NCBI RefSeq assembly: GCF_000621645.1
Contig: NZ_JHXR01000001.1
Coordinates: 360,001-392,000, forward strand
Direction of reading: 5' to 3'
Source of the DNA: Vibrio cholerae ATCC 14035
GTDB taxonomy: Bacteria; Pseudomonadota; Gammaproteobacteria; Enterobacterales; Vibrionaceae
Length of the DNA stretch: 32,000 bases
How positions within the stretch are numbered: the stretch's first letter is position 1; every line of letters begins with the position of its first letter. The translations under genes and the position numbers were made by a program. The notes beneath the pieces are model-generated. The model searched no databases. It had not been told where the DNA came from and was given only the letters and a program-made list of their open reading frames with translations. This document shows, piece after piece, positions 1 to 9,911 of this stretch.

Positions 1-1374
1 TTGATGCCGATCCTGCTGCTCTGTGTGATGGTGGGGTATTTTTTAATTAGCCATTATTGGATCCGCCCAATTGTCTTAATTGCGAAAAAGGTGAGTGAGT
101 CGAGAGAAGGTGAAATCATCGATATTCGGTACAAATCTCAGGATGAGATCCGCCATCTTATTGATACGTTTAACCAAAAAACGATTTACTTAGAGGCAGA
201 GAAAGTCAAAGCTCAGGCCTCGACCAAAGCAAAAAGTGCATTTTTAGCCACGCTCTCTCATGAAATTCGAACGCCGATGAATGGCGTGCTCGGTACCGCG
301 CAAATCCTATTGAAAGATGAATTGACCTCTAAGCAGCGACAGCACTTAACCAGTCTCTACGAATCGGGCGAACATATGATGTCATTGCTCAATGAGATTT
401 TAGATTATTCAAAAATAGAGCAAGGCAAATTCGAGTTGGATCACAGCGCATTTCCGCTCAAATCGATCATCGGCAGCATCAAAAGTATCTACTCCAGTCT
501 TTGTGTTGAAAAAGGACTGAAATTCCAACTGAACTCAGAAATTACCGATGGACGATGGTACTACGGAGACAAGGCGCGTTTGCGGCAAATTATCTTCAAT
601 CTGCTTAGTAATGCGGTGAAATTTACCGAAGCAGGCTTTGTCGCAATAGGGTTAAGTGAAGAAAGCTGTGACGAAGAGAATTACTTGATCATCAAAGTGC
701 AGGATACGGGGATCGGCATCGCGCAAGAGTCGTTAGGGCGTATCTTTCGACCCTTTGAACAGGCGGAATCACACACAACACGGCGTTTTGGTGGTACAGG
801 CTTAGGCTTGGCTATTGTTAAACAGATTGCGGAATTAATGAATGGCACTGTTTTAGTGCAAAGTGAAGTTGGGCAGGGTTCTTGTTTTAAGGTGAGAGTT
901 AAATTAGCGATTACCGAACCAGTAACCGAAGATGTGAAACCTACTAAAGCCAAAACGTATCCCGGTTTACGGGTGCTGATTGTCGAAGATAACCGTACGA
1001 ACATCATGATTCTGGAAGCTTTTATGCGCAATAAAGGTTTTGAGTGCCATAGCGTGATGGATGGTGTACAAGCGATTACCGCGTTACAGGAAAGCTCATT
1101 TGATCTCGTTTTAATGGATAACCACATGCCGTTAAAAGATGGCATCCAAGCCACCAGAGAAATTCGTCAGTTGCCACTGCCGCAAGCCAAGATACTGTTG
1201 TTTGGTTGTACCGCAGATGTTTTCAAAGATACCCGGGATAAAATGCTCTCTGCAGGGGCAGATGACATTATCGCTAAACCCATTGCAGAGCATGAGCTAG
1301 ATATGGCGCTTGAACAACACTCAGAGCGCTTGTACCAGTTTCATCGCGAACCATCTTTACCATCGGTAGAGTAA
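1..1374 (+). CDS. Hybrid sensor histidine kinase / response regulator; N-terminus lies outside the window
   Basis: ORF is open from base 1. H-box 'LSHEIRTPMNGVLG'. HATPase_c boxes 'LLSNAVKFT', 'VQDTGIGI', 'GGTGLGLAIV'. C-terminal receiver 'RVLIVEDNRTN...DLVLMDNHMPLKDG'. Confidence 0.9.
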   Translation: MMPILLLCVMVGYFLISHYWIRPIVLIAKKVSESREGEIIDIRYKSQDEIRHLIDTFNQKTIYLEAEKVKAQASTKAKSAFLATLSHEIRTPMNGVLGTAQILLKDELTSKQRQHLTSLYESGEHMMSLLNEILDYSKIEQGKFELDHSAFPLKSIIGSIKSIYSSLCVEKGLKFQLNSEITDGRWYYGDKARLRQIIFNLLSNAVKFTEAGFVAIGLSEESCDEENYLIIKVQDTGIGIAQESLGRIFRPFEQAESHTTRRFGGTGLGLAIVKQIAELMNGTVLVQSEVGQGSCFKVRVKLAITEPVTEDVKPTKAKTYPGLRVLIVEDNRTNIMILEAFMRNKGFECHSVMDGVQAITALQESSFDLVLMDNHMPLKDGIQATREIRQLPLPQAKILLFGCTADVFKDTRDKMLSAGADDIIAKPIAEHELDMALEQHSERLYQFHREPSLPSVE

Positions 1375-1709
1375 ATCACTCTGTTTCTTCCTTCTTTCTT
1401 TCCTTTCTTATGCGTGTGGCCAAGTTCGGCTGGCAAGAAACTGTCTCACCGTGCTCAGCGTGATGTAATAAAATTACCAAACGTAAACTTAGAAACCGAT
1501 GTTTTGACTAAGAACGCGTAAAAGTAGCTGTAGATGCTATTTTAATTACTTTTTTTGGTTTTTTATTTACCGTGCGAGTTTAAAAACAAAGCCTAAAACT
1601 GAATTTTGTATGGTTTAATAGTTCCATAAACTGCCAATTTGGAATTATGGCAGTGACATGTTTGGTCATGGTTGCAAAATTGTAGTGATATATTTTATAG
1701 GGGATGTAA

Positions 1710-2162
1710 ATGAAAGCTCGTGGTCCGTTTTGTATTCGTCATGCAGCGGCTGATACTTTTGCGATGGTCGTCTTTTGTTTTGTAACAGGCATGATTATTG
1801 AAATTTTTGTGTCAGGAATGACCTTTCAGCAATCACTCGCTTCCCGAACCCTTTCCATTCCCGTTAATATCGCGATTGCTTGGCCGTATGGTGTGTTTAG
1901 AGATTATGTTCTTCGCCAAGGGCGCAAAATTTCCCCAACCGGTTGGATGAAAAATCTCTCCGATCTCGTGGCTTACGTTCTCTTTCAATCGCCAGTTTAT
2001 GCCGCCATTCTCTTCACCGTAGGTGCTTCTACCGATCAAATCATTACTGCTGTGGCCACCAATGCATTGGTGTCGTGTGGAATGGGGGTGTTGTACGGCT
2101 ATTTCCTCGATATGTGCCGCCGCTGGTTTAAAGTTCCGGGCTATACAGTATCTGAGGGTTAA
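1710..2162 (+). CDS. alaE: L-alanine exporter AlaE
   Basis: 150-aa membrane protein that matches my recollection of E. coli AlaE (YgaW) along its whole length ('[11 protein letters not shown]', '[13 protein letters not shown]', '[10 protein letters not shown]', '[14 protein letters not shown]'). Confidence 0.85.
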   Translation: MKARGPFCIRHAAADTFAMVVFCFVTGMIIEIFVSGMTFQQSLASRTLSIPVNIAIAWPYGVFRDYVLRQGRKISPTGWMKNLSDLVAYVLFQSPVYAAILFTVGASTDQIITAVATNALVSCGMGVLYGYFLDMCRRWFKVPGYTVSEG

Positions 2163-2281
2163 TGCGGTTAAACATTTGCCCTGTTAACTGCCCCTCCATT
2201 TAATTTGGCCAATTTCAGTTATTACCCTAAATCGAGCAATCGAATCTTGGGAATAAGTAAAACTGGCCTTTTGGGCTAATG

Positions 2282-3511
2282 CTAGGCGCTAAAAGCTCTT
2301 GCCACACGACCATTACACTCAATGGTGTACTGCTCAGCATAAGCCGGAATAAAGACAGATTGTCCTTTTCGTACAAGGCATTGCTCACCATTTGCATGTC
2401 GCAATATCATTGAAGAATCGAGAGGCAGCACAACTTCTGCACTCTTAACGCCGATAGTCTGCTGAGTCGTAGGTGGGATGATGGCAAATTTAAAATCGGC
2501 AACTGGGATCGGATATTGTTCACACCCTTCAATGACTTCAGGCTTAAGGCGTAGTTGTTCAAGTGGCTTATGTTTGAACTGAGTACATGCCACCAATTCA
2601 TCAATATCCATGTATTTTGGTGTTAAACCCGCGCGCAACACGTTGTCGGAGTTGGCCATAATCTCAAGGCCTGTTCCGTGTAAATACGCGTGCGGCGTTT
2701 CTGCGTCTAAAAACATCGCTTCACCTGGTTGTAAGGTAATCACATTGAGCATCAGAGGAGCGAATAAACCAATGTCATTGGGATATTGGTTTTCCAATTC
2801 GACGATCAGCTGGAAAAGAGGCAGATCAATCTGCTTAGCTTGAGCCATCAAAGCTTCAAGCGCACGGTTTTTGGCTTCTCCCTGTAATGAGAGTAACCCT
2901 GAGAAAAAGTCTCTGAGCCCTTGTTCTGTCGGATTTGATTGGAATACGTTAACGAGAGGCTGGATCTCATCTATCGATAACTCAATAAAGTAGTTAAGGA
3001 TTTCCTGATTGGCACGAAAGCCGTTCATTGCTTGGTACTCGGTGAGCGCATAAACCAATTCGGGTTTGTGATTGGGGTCTTTGTAATTTCGTTGAGCAGC
3101 CGTGAGCGCAATGCCTAATTGTTCCTCTTGGGCGAAACCTCGTTCCGCTTGCTGTTTGTTCGGATGGACCTGAATGGAGAGGGCTTTTTCCGCCGCCAAA
3201 ATTTTAAACAAATAAGGGAGTTCGCCGAACTGCCGCGCGGTATATTCACCCAAAATCAAGTTTGGATTTTGCGCAATAAAGTCGGAAAGTTGAACGATTT
3301 TGCCGTTAATGGCTATACCGGAGCAGCCATTAGGATGAGCGCCCATCCATAGCTCTGCTTGGGGGTCATCGTTTGGGTTTTCGAGTTCAAACAACTGCTG
3401 CAAAGCGGTTTTACTGCCCCATGCGTAGTTTTGGATAGGGTTGGTCATCGGGAAGAATACTGCCTCTGGTAGGGCTGCATCCTGAGTCGGAATCTGAGTC
3501 ATTGTCGTCAC
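2282..3511 (-). CDS. manA: Mannose-6-phosphate isomerase, class I
   Basis: PMI type I motifs 'IQNYAWGS', 'AELWMGAHP', 'LSIQVHPNK', 'ETPHAYLHG'. The longest ORF starts at GTG 3511. ATG at 3502, with GGTGA 5 nt upstream, is a plausible real start. Confidence 0.9.
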   Translation of the reverse strand: MTTMTQIPTQDAALPEAVFFPMTNPIQNYAWGSKTALQQLFELENPNDDPQAELWMGAHPNGCSGIAINGKIVQLSDFIAQNPNLILGEYTARQFGELPYLFKILAAEKALSIQVHPNKQQAERGFAQEEQLGIALTAAQRNYKDPNHKPELVYALTEYQAMNGFRANQEILNYFIELSIDEIQPLVNVFQSNPTEQGLRDFFSGLLSLQGEAKNRALEALMAQAKQIDLPLFQLIVELENQYPNDIGLFAPLMLNVITLQPGEAMFLDAETPHAYLHGTGLEIMANSDNVLRAGLTPKYMDIDELVACTQFKHKPLEQLRLKPEVIEGCEQYPIPVADFKFAIIPPTTQQTIGVKSAEVVLPLDSSMILRHANGEQCLVRKGQSVFIPAYAEQYTIECNGRVARAFSA

Positions 3512-3521
3512 CGTTAGAAAG

Positions 3522-3547
3522 ATGGCTTGAGTGGAACCTCAAGCCAT
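3522..3547 (-). promoter_or_regulatory. Intercistronic hairpin between the PTS permease gene and manA
   Basis: Perfect 10-bp stem ATGGCTTGAG / CTCAAGCCAT with a 6-nt loop. On the transcribed (minus) strand it is followed by CTTTCT, so it is a partial terminator or processing/stability element. Confidence 0.4.
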
Positions 3548-3563
3548 AACGAGGAAGGGAGAA

Positions 3564-5465
3564 TTAAGCCGCAGCGGCTTCAAACTTTTGTGAGCGGATT
3601 TTTTTGAGCGTCACACAGGTGATGGCGGTGACACCCGCACCAGCCGCCATACAAAGTAGGGCAAGCAGTGGGTAGTTCATTGCGCCAAGCAGGGCGACTA
3701 CGGGGCCACCGTGAGCCACACTGTTGGTGATGCCAAAAGAGAATGCCATGACAGCGGCAACCATAGAGCCCAACACGTTGGCTGGAATGACTGACATTGG
3801 GTCTTGCGCCGCAAAAGGAATCGCGCCTTCAGAGATACCGACTAAGCCCATTGCGCCTGCGGCTTTACCTGCTTCAAGCTCAGAAGACTCAAACAGTTCG
3901 AGCTTACGACCCATCGCTGTTGCGAGTGCCATACCAAGTGGTGCAACGGGAATCGCACAGGCCATCGCACCCATAAATTGAGTTTGGCCGCTGGCAATCA
4001 TGCCTACAGAGAATAGGAAAGCGACTTTGTTGAATGGGCCTCCCATATCAAAGCCTGCCATGCCACCGAGTACGATGCCGAGCAGAATAACGTTGCCGGA
4101 ACTCATGCTAGTCAGTAGAGCAGTGAGGCCATCCATCAGGCTCGCAATGGGAGCGCCAATAACGAAAATGAACAGACCAGCGATGAACAGCGATGCCGTG
4201 ATCGGCGCGATCATGATCGGCACTAGGGGTTGGATAAACTTGTGATAGTTAATGGAAGTAATCCACTTCACGAAATAACCGACCAAGAGACCCGCAATGA
4301 TGGCACCGATAAACCCTGTACCTGCGTCAGCACCATAAAAAGAGCCGTTATTGGCAATCCAGCCACCAATCAAACCGGGAGAGAGCGCAGGGCGATCGGC
4401 AATGGCGTAGGCGATGTAGCCGGCAAGGATGGGAATCATCAAGGTAAAGGCCACTACGCCCACTTCAAGGATTTGGTTCCACATACTGCCCGCTGGAATG
4501 GCCATACCCGCTTCAGTTGGCTCACCACCCACCGCGAGAGCCAGTGCAATTAAAAGCCCGCCAGTTACCACAAATGGGATCATGTGCGAAACGCCATTCA
4601 TCAAAAAGCGATACAAATCCGAGCGAGCTTGTGAGGCTTTGTTTGCCACCGATTGAGCCTTAACCGTTTCAGCTTGATAAGTTGGCGCCCTTAGCGCTTC
4701 ATTAATCAGCTTTTGTGCATCACGAATTGGCGCTTTCACATTTGTTTTGATGAGGCGTTTGCCGGCAAAGCGTGCCATGTCGACTTGTTTATCACAGGCG
4801 ACCACAATCGCTTCAGCGCGTTCAATTTCTTCCGCACTTGGGCTATTTTTCACCCCAATCGAGCCATTGGTTTCCACTTTGATCTCAAAACCCAAAGCCG
4901 CCGCGCCTTTTTCCAGTGCTTCAGCCGCAAGGTAAGTGTGAGCAATACCTGCCGGGCAACCGGTAACACCGATAATCAGCCCTTTGCTTTCTGCTTGGTT
5001 TGCAAGAGGTGTAGGCGCGGATTTTTTCAGCAGTAATTCTAGTGCTTGCTCTGAGTTTTTGGTGTTGAGAAAAGCCTCGATAAAACCTTCTTCAATCAGT
5101 TTGGAAGAGAGTTCGGCCAGCACTTCAATGTGGTGGTTATCGCCGCCATCGGGGGAGGCGATCATGAAAAAAAGCTTGGAAGGCAAACCATCTTCTGCGC
5201 CATAGTCGATACCCTCTCGGCTGACACCAATTGCAACAGCTGGTTGAGTCACCGCTGCACTTTTAGCATGCGGAATAGCGACACCATCTTCAAATCCGGT
5301 ATTACCTAACTCTTCACGAGCTTGAATATCTTTTAAGAATGCCGCTTTATCTGAAATTCGCCCTTGGGCATGTAGAATATTTATCAGTTCTTCAAATACG
5401 GCTTGTTTGGAATTCGCTTGCAGATCAAGCTGAATTAAATCGGCATTAATCAATTGGTTGATCAT
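3564..5465 (-). CDS. PTS fructose/mannose-family permease, EIIA-EIIB-EIIC fusion
   Basis: N-terminal EIIA type-2 domain ('GVAIPHAKS'). IIB-Fru domain ('VTGCPAGIAHTYLAAEALEK'). Polytopic IIC domain ('FDMGGPFNKVAF'). Co-directional with manA downstream. Confidence 0.9.
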   Translation of the reverse strand: MINQLINADLIQLDLQANSKQAVFEELINILHAQGRISDKAAFLKDIQAREELGNTGFEDGVAIPHAKSAAVTQPAVAIGVSREGIDYGAEDGLPSKLFFMIASPDGGDNHHIEVLAELSSKLIEEGFIEAFLNTKNSEQALELLLKKSAPTPLANQAESKGLIIGVTGCPAGIAHTYLAAEALEKGAAALGFEIKVETNGSIGVKNSPSAEEIERAEAIVVACDKQVDMARFAGKRLIKTNVKAPIRDAQKLINEALRAPTYQAETVKAQSVANKASQARSDLYRFLMNGVSHMIPFVVTGGLLIALALAVGGEPTEAGMAIPAGSMWNQILEVGVVAFTLMIPILAGYIAYAIADRPALSPGLIGGWIANNGSFYGADAGTGFIGAIIAGLLVGYFVKWITSINYHKFIQPLVPIMIAPITASLFIAGLFIFVIGAPIASLMDGLTALLTSMSSGNVILLGIVLGGMAGFDMGGPFNKVAFLFSVGMIASGQTQFMGAMACAIPVAPLGMALATAMGRKLELFESSELEAGKAAGAMGLVGISEGAIPFAAQDPMSVIPANVLGSMVAAVMAFSFGITNSVAHGGPVVALLGAMNYPLLALLCMAAGAGVTAITCVTLKKIRSQKFEAAAA

Positions 5466-5578
5466 AGAGACCTCTGTACATTTTATTTTTATGTCAGAGT
5501 TATTCTTTAATTTTTTTATTTTTCTTATTAGTGCAGAAATAAAACATTCACTAGAGGATTGTAACTCTATTGGTTTGG

Positions 5579-5594
5579 TGTGATTTAGATCTCG
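5579..5594. promoter_or_regulatory. Candidate CRP site (weak)
   Basis: TGTGA-tttaga-TCTCG, 8/10 match to TGTGA-N6-TCACA, in the divergent PTS/araC-like intergenic region. Confidence 0.25.
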
Positions 5595-5752
5595 TAGCGT
5601 CTATTGGGGTAGTGAGGCCAATTTTAAGTAATGATTGTAGGTTTAACTCATTAATTTTCATTTAGTTATATTATGTTTGTTGTTATTCATGGTGGAGGTT
5701 TGTGCTAGAGAATTGGTGTTAAAACTGGATTATTGTATCATTCTGTCTTGAG

Positions 5753-5768
5753 TGTGATGTTGCTCAAA
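5753..5768. promoter_or_regulatory. Candidate CRP site
   Basis: TGTGA-tgttgc-TCAAA, 9/10 match to the CRP consensus, about 70 bp upstream of the AraC-family gene. Confidence 0.3.
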
Positions 5769-5836
5769 GAGACTCAATGGCATTCGGGGTATATCTGACG
5801 TTAATAAAAGTGCGATGACGAAGTGAGGGTTTACAT

Positions 5837-6676
5837 ATGATATTTGATGATTTGATTTCCTCGGTGCTTAATGAGCGTGAATCATTTCATCATATTTGGT
5901 TTGCGGGTGATTTTCATACACCGCCTGAATTCAGTTATCAGGTGAATTTTCCACGCTTAGAATTGGTCTTAGGTGGAGAGTATATAAATGAAATGGAAAG
6001 TCATGACCGTAAAGTCACGAAAATAATTGCCAAAGCCGGAGATGCGATTTTTATTCCCGCTAACTGTTGGAATAAACCGAACTGGGATACCGATTGCTCA
6101 GTGTTGAGCATGTTATTTGGACGCCGCCAACTAGGACTGAGTTTTGTCAGTAAGCGCAAAGGCGAAGCCAACTTTTATGATATTCAAAAGCACAGTATCC
6201 AAACGCGCTCAGGGTTTGCTATTGATAACATCTTAGAAGCGCTCAGCTCATTGGCGCGTGAGAATTATAAAAAACCGATGGATGAGCTGTTGCTGCAAGC
6301 TCTCCTTCAATATACCCAGACGATGTTGAATGCGCCGACAGAGCAGCCACAAAACCGAGTGCAGGATCTCTACCAAGGGATCTGTATCTATATCCAAGAG
6401 AATTTTCACCGCCCGATCACGCGAGAAAGTATTGCTTCGCGTTTTAGTATCTCTGCCAACCATTTATCGAGGCTGTTTCGCCAGCAAGGGCATATGACCT
6501 TGGCCGATTACATTACGTGGGTCAGGGTTGATAGAGCAAAATTTATGCTGAAAAAGTACAATTTTAAGCTCAATGAAGTGTCGCTACGTTGTGGGTTTAA
6601 AGATGTGAATTACTTCTGCCGCGTTTTCAAAAATCGTACAGGCCGTACACCAACGGATTATCGTGCTTCAATTTAA
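5837..6676 (+). CDS. AraC-family transcriptional regulator, divergent from the PTS/manA operon
   Basis: C-terminal double HTH typical of AraC/XylS ('SANHLSRLFRQ', 'LRCGFKDVNYFCRVFKNRTGRTPTDYR'). N-terminal cupin-like sugar-binding half. Confidence 0.85.
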   Translation: MIFDDLISSVLNERESFHHIWFAGDFHTPPEFSYQVNFPRLELVLGGEYINEMESHDRKVTKIIAKAGDAIFIPANCWNKPNWDTDCSVLSMLFGRRQLGLSFVSKRKGEANFYDIQKHSIQTRSGFAIDNILEALSSLARENYKKPMDELLLQALLQYTQTMLNAPTEQPQNRVQDLYQGICIYIQENFHRPITRESIASRFSISANHLSRLFRQQGHMTLADYITWVRVDRAKFMLKKYNFKLNEVSLRCGFKDVNYFCRVFKNRTGRTPTDYRASI

Positions 6677-7447
6677 CAGGCGTGACATCGCGTACATCAG
6701 TAGAGCTTGTAAATCAACGCCGCTGCGTGTCAGTAGTAAACGTTCTACCATTTGATCGCACAGTAAATTTCGGGTCAGGTTGGTTGCGGTAATGATTTGA
6801 TCTCGATTGGGCTTACTCGGCATCACCAAAGCAATCGCTAAATGCACCTCTCCCATTTGAGAGGCCCAATCCATCGCCTCATCATTCTTAATAACGGCAA
6901 CCGCAATGTGTTCTATGTCTGCAAACATCACATGGGGAATAGCAATCCCAGGAGCTACGCAGGTGGAAGAGCGTTCTTCACGTTTGATAAAAGCCAAAAT
7001 CAACTCATCGGGTGAAACGGGGTAGATCAGTTGCGCTAACCCTTTCAAACACTCAAATTTGGTGAGTTCAGTGTGGGCTTTGGCATAGTGCCATTTGACC
7101 TCACTCGGCGGGCATATTTGTGGCAGGCGTTCGGCGAGCAGGCTAGAGAACTCATAGTTGATTTTGGAGCCCACGACAGTGTAATGCGCAGAAAGCATGT
7201 CTTTAATCACGAAACAGGCGAGTTCAGCATCAATACCGATGGCGGTGATTTGGCATAAATCACCTTCTTGTAATCCCACCTGCAATACCGCGAGAGATTT
7301 GGTGAGTTCAGCACTGCGGTTTCTGGTGATGTTGATGATATGCAGGGTGCTTTTGAACTTACGCGCAACGCGAGACAGCGGTTGGGCAACATGGACGCTG
7401 GCATTCACATCATTCACCAAGAAGGTGACTTGGAATTCATGCATCAT
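6668..7447 (-). CDS. HPr-like domain fused to PTS EIIA (type-2, Fru/Ntr) domain
   Basis: N-terminal ~90 aa resemble HPr ('SVHVAQPLSRVARKF', 'LTKSLAVLQVGLQEGD'). C-terminal EIIA type-2 domain has 'GIAIPHV'. Confidence 0.75.
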   Translation of the reverse strand: MMHEFQVTFLVNDVNASVHVAQPLSRVARKFKSTLHIINITRNRSAELTKSLAVLQVGLQEGDLCQITAIGIDAELACFVIKDMLSAHYTVVGSKINYEFSSLLAERLPQICPPSEVKWHYAKAHTELTKFECLKGLAQLIYPVSPDELILAFIKREERSSTCVAPGIAIPHVMFADIEHIAVAVIKNDEAMDWASQMGEVHLAIALVMPSKPNRDQIITATNLTRNLLCDQMVERLLLTRSGVDLQALLMYAMSRLLN

Positions 7448-7455
7448 GCCAAGGA

Positions 7456-7755
7456 TCAGCGACAGTGGACGAGAAAGACTTTATCGACATTGAGTAGCAC
7501 TTCTTCGATCGAGAGCTTCACCACCTTCATCCCTTCAAATCGTGCAGGCTGTTCGATGTCGATATCGGAGACGATCAACACCTTATCGGCATGGGAGAGG
7601 TCATAAGGTGTGAGAGGATTCTCGATACCCATCGCACCTTGAGTTTCCACTTTGATCTGCACATTGTACTTTGGTGCGGCTTTGGTCAAAGCATCGGCCG
7701 CCATATAAGTATGAGCAATGCCCGTTGGGCAGGCGGTGACCGCAACAATTTTCAT
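7456..7755 (-). CDS. PTS fructose-type EIIB
   Basis: 99 aa. 'MKIVAVTACPTGIAHTYMAADAL' contains the phospho-Cys motif. Lies 8 nt upstream of the HPr/IIA gene. Confidence 0.9.
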   Translation of the reverse strand: MKIVAVTACPTGIAHTYMAADALTKAAPKYNVQIKVETQGAMGIENPLTPYDLSHADKVLIVSDIDIEQPARFEGMKVVKLSIEEVLLNVDKVFLVHCR

Positions 7756-7971
7756 GGAAATCCCTCATTGTTATTTTTGCGGCGATAGTAACATAGCGCT
7801 TGGCAAATACTCCGTTTTCGGCCAAGACCCAGTTCACAGTTCAAATCGAATGTTACATTAATCCAGTTATTGCATCTTTTGTCCTGTGTCTTGAAAGAGT
7901 ATCGCTCGTTACTCTAGCGAGGCGCATCGGTATGGCAATGCCAATTCAAACAACAGTAAGGTAAAACAATT

Positions 7972-9837
7972 GTGGATATTACCCATCTGATCGAACCTGA
8001 AATCATCTGTTTAGATCTAAAAGCCAATAACAAAGAAGATGTTCTGATTGAGCTGGTTGAGTTGCTCGATAACGCAGGAAAGTTGACCGATAAGCAGCAA
8101 TTTTTAAACGACATTTGGCGACGAGAAGAGATCGGAAATACAGGGTTTGAAGAAGGAATAGCCATTCCACACGCCAAAAGTGCTGCGGTGGCGTTGCCTG
8201 CAGTCGTCGTGGGTATTAGCCGCCAAGGGATCGATTACGGTGCAGAAGATGGTCAGCTTTCTGATGTGTTTTTTATGCTGGCATCACCGGATGGAGAAGA
8301 TCATCACCACATTGAAGTATTGGCACAAATCTCCAGTAAATTGATTGAAGAGGGATTTGTTGAACAGCTCAAAGCCGCAGAAAGTGTTGAGCAGGCACTC
8401 GCCCTTTTTATTCACCCACAGCACTCAACATTAAGCTCTACACAGGTAATGGATTATGCCGATTACCAGCCGCTAAGCCCAATGGCACAAAGATTAGCTC
8501 GCGTTAAAGAGCATCTATTATTTGGTACCTCTCACATGATGCCGTTTATCGTGGCGGGTGGGGTATTACTCTCGCTTTCAGTGATGATGTCTGGTCACGG
8601 AGCGGTGCCAGAAGAGGGCGTGTTGGCGGATATCGCTCAAATGGGTATTGCCGGTTTAACCCTATTTACGGTGGTATTGGGTGGTTATATCGCTTACTCG
8701 ATGGCAGATAAACCCGGTTTGGCCCCCGGCATGATTGGCACCTGGATTGCGATAAACCAATATCAAACCGGCTTTATTGGCGCGATCATCGTGGGTTTTT
8801 TTGCAGGCTTTGTGGTTCGTCAGCTGAAAAGAATCGCTCTCCCCGACAGCATGAGTTCGCTGGGTTCCATCTTCATCTATCCGCTGGTGGGGACGTTTGT
8901 AACCTGTGGTGCTGTGATGTGGTTAATCGGTGCACCGATTGCCAGCAGTATGCTGTGGCTCAATCAATTTTTGGCATCGATGGCCGATTCCGGCAAAGTG
9001 GTGCTCGGAGCGGTATTGGGGGCGATGACTGCCTTTGACATGGGCGGCCCAATCAATAAAGTCGCCACGCTGTTTGCCCAAACTCAAGTCAACACCCAAC
9101 CTTGGCTAATGGGTGGGGTGGGGATTGCCATTTGTACCCCACCATTGGGGATGGCGCTTGCGACCTTATTGTCACCAAGTAAATTCAAACGGGATGAACG
9201 TGAAGCCGGAAAAGCGGCAGGCATCATGGGTATGATTGGCATTAGTGAAGGGGCGATTCCGTTTGCCGCCGCTGATCCCGCGCGCGTACTCCCTGCAATT
9301 ATTGCGGGTGGTATTGTTGGCAACGTGATTGGTTTTCTCTTTCAAGTGCTCAATCATGCCCCTTGGGGCGGTTGGATTGTGCTGCCCGTTGTGGACGGCA
9401 AGTTAGGGTATATTCTTGGCACTATCGCCGGTGCATTAGCCACGGCACTGATTGCTATTGCCCTGAAGAAAACGGTGCATGAGCAGGACAATGAGCAGGG
9501 GCAGTCACTTGCTTTTTCATCGGTTATTGGAGAAGGGCAAGCCGACATTCTTGCCGTCACCTCGTGCCCTTCTGGCGTTGCTCATACGTTTTTAGCGGCT
9601 AAATCACTTGAAAAAGCCGCCTGTCTGGCGGGAGTGAAAATCAAAGTAGAAACACAAGGCGCCAACGGTATCATCAATCGAATCACGGCCAAAGATGTGC
9701 AACGAGCGAAGCTGGTGATCTTTGCGCACGATGTGGCGATTAAAGAACCAGAACGCTTCAAGCACATTAAAGTCATTGACGTGACAACGAAAGACGCGAT
9801 TTTAAATGCCGCGGCATTGGTGCAGATAAAGCGATAA
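7972..9837 (+). CDS. PTS fructose-family permease, EIIA-EIIC-EIIB fusion
   Basis: GTG start with AAGG upstream. EIIA 'GIAIPHAKS'. IIC 'FDMGGPINKVATLFAQTQ'. C-terminal IIB 'VTSCPSGVAHTFLAAKSLEKAA'. Confidence 0.9.
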   Translation: MDITHLIEPEIICLDLKANNKEDVLIELVELLDNAGKLTDKQQFLNDIWRREEIGNTGFEEGIAIPHAKSAAVALPAVVVGISRQGIDYGAEDGQLSDVFFMLASPDGEDHHHIEVLAQISSKLIEEGFVEQLKAAESVEQALALFIHPQHSTLSSTQVMDYADYQPLSPMAQRLARVKEHLLFGTSHMMPFIVAGGVLLSLSVMMSGHGAVPEEGVLADIAQMGIAGLTLFTVVLGGYIAYSMADKPGLAPGMIGTWIAINQYQTGFIGAIIVGFFAGFVVRQLKRIALPDSMSSLGSIFIYPLVGTFVTCGAVMWLIGAPIASSMLWLNQFLASMADSGKVVLGAVLGAMTAFDMGGPINKVATLFAQTQVNTQPWLMGGVGIAICTPPLGMALATLLSPSKFKRDEREAGKAAGIMGMIGISEGAIPFAAADPARVLPAIIAGGIVGNVIGFLFQVLNHAPWGGWIVLPVVDGKLGYILGTIAGALATALIAIALKKTVHEQDNEQGQSLAFSSVIGEGQADILAVTSCPSGVAHTFLAAKSLEKAACLAGVKIKVETQGANGIINRITAKDVQRAKLVIFAHDVAIKEPERFKHIKVIDVTTKDAILNAAALVQIKR

Positions 9838-9869
9838 CATTCTGAATCACTACACTTGAGATAGAAAAT

Positions 9870-9892
9870 GAGCCCTTTGGGGGAAAGGGCTC
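9870..9892. terminator. Hairpin between convergent PTS genes
   Basis: GAGCCCTTT-ggggg-AAAGGGCTC, a 9-bp stem. A T-rich tail (ATTTTCT) follows it on the minus strand. Confidence 0.6.
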
Positions 9893-9911
9893 TGGGGGAG
9901 GAGCTTAAGGT

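Noticed and set aside
1384-1410. Polypyrimidine CT-rich tract (tttcttccttctttctttcctttctta) after the sensor kinase stop.
   Set aside because: It is a low-complexity tract with no repeat unit or hairpin, and I cannot support any function.
3724-5205. Multiple 60-107-aa plus-strand ORFs inside the PTS EIIABC gene. Similar sets occur at 681-1154, 2407-3352, 9084-9776, 10080-11298, 12160-13379 and 14089-15287.
   Set aside because: They lie antisense or out of frame within long genes that have strong family motifs. Their translations are low-complexity (Ala/Pro/Ser/Arg-rich) and have no RBS. They are shadow ORFs.
7756-7971. Cra/FruR-like or sigma-54-like sites in the divergent PTS promoter region (e.g. 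TTCAAATCGAATG, TGGCAATGCCA).
   Set aside because: The half-sites match the consensus poorly and the spacing is wrong for -24/-12. This is not enough to call.
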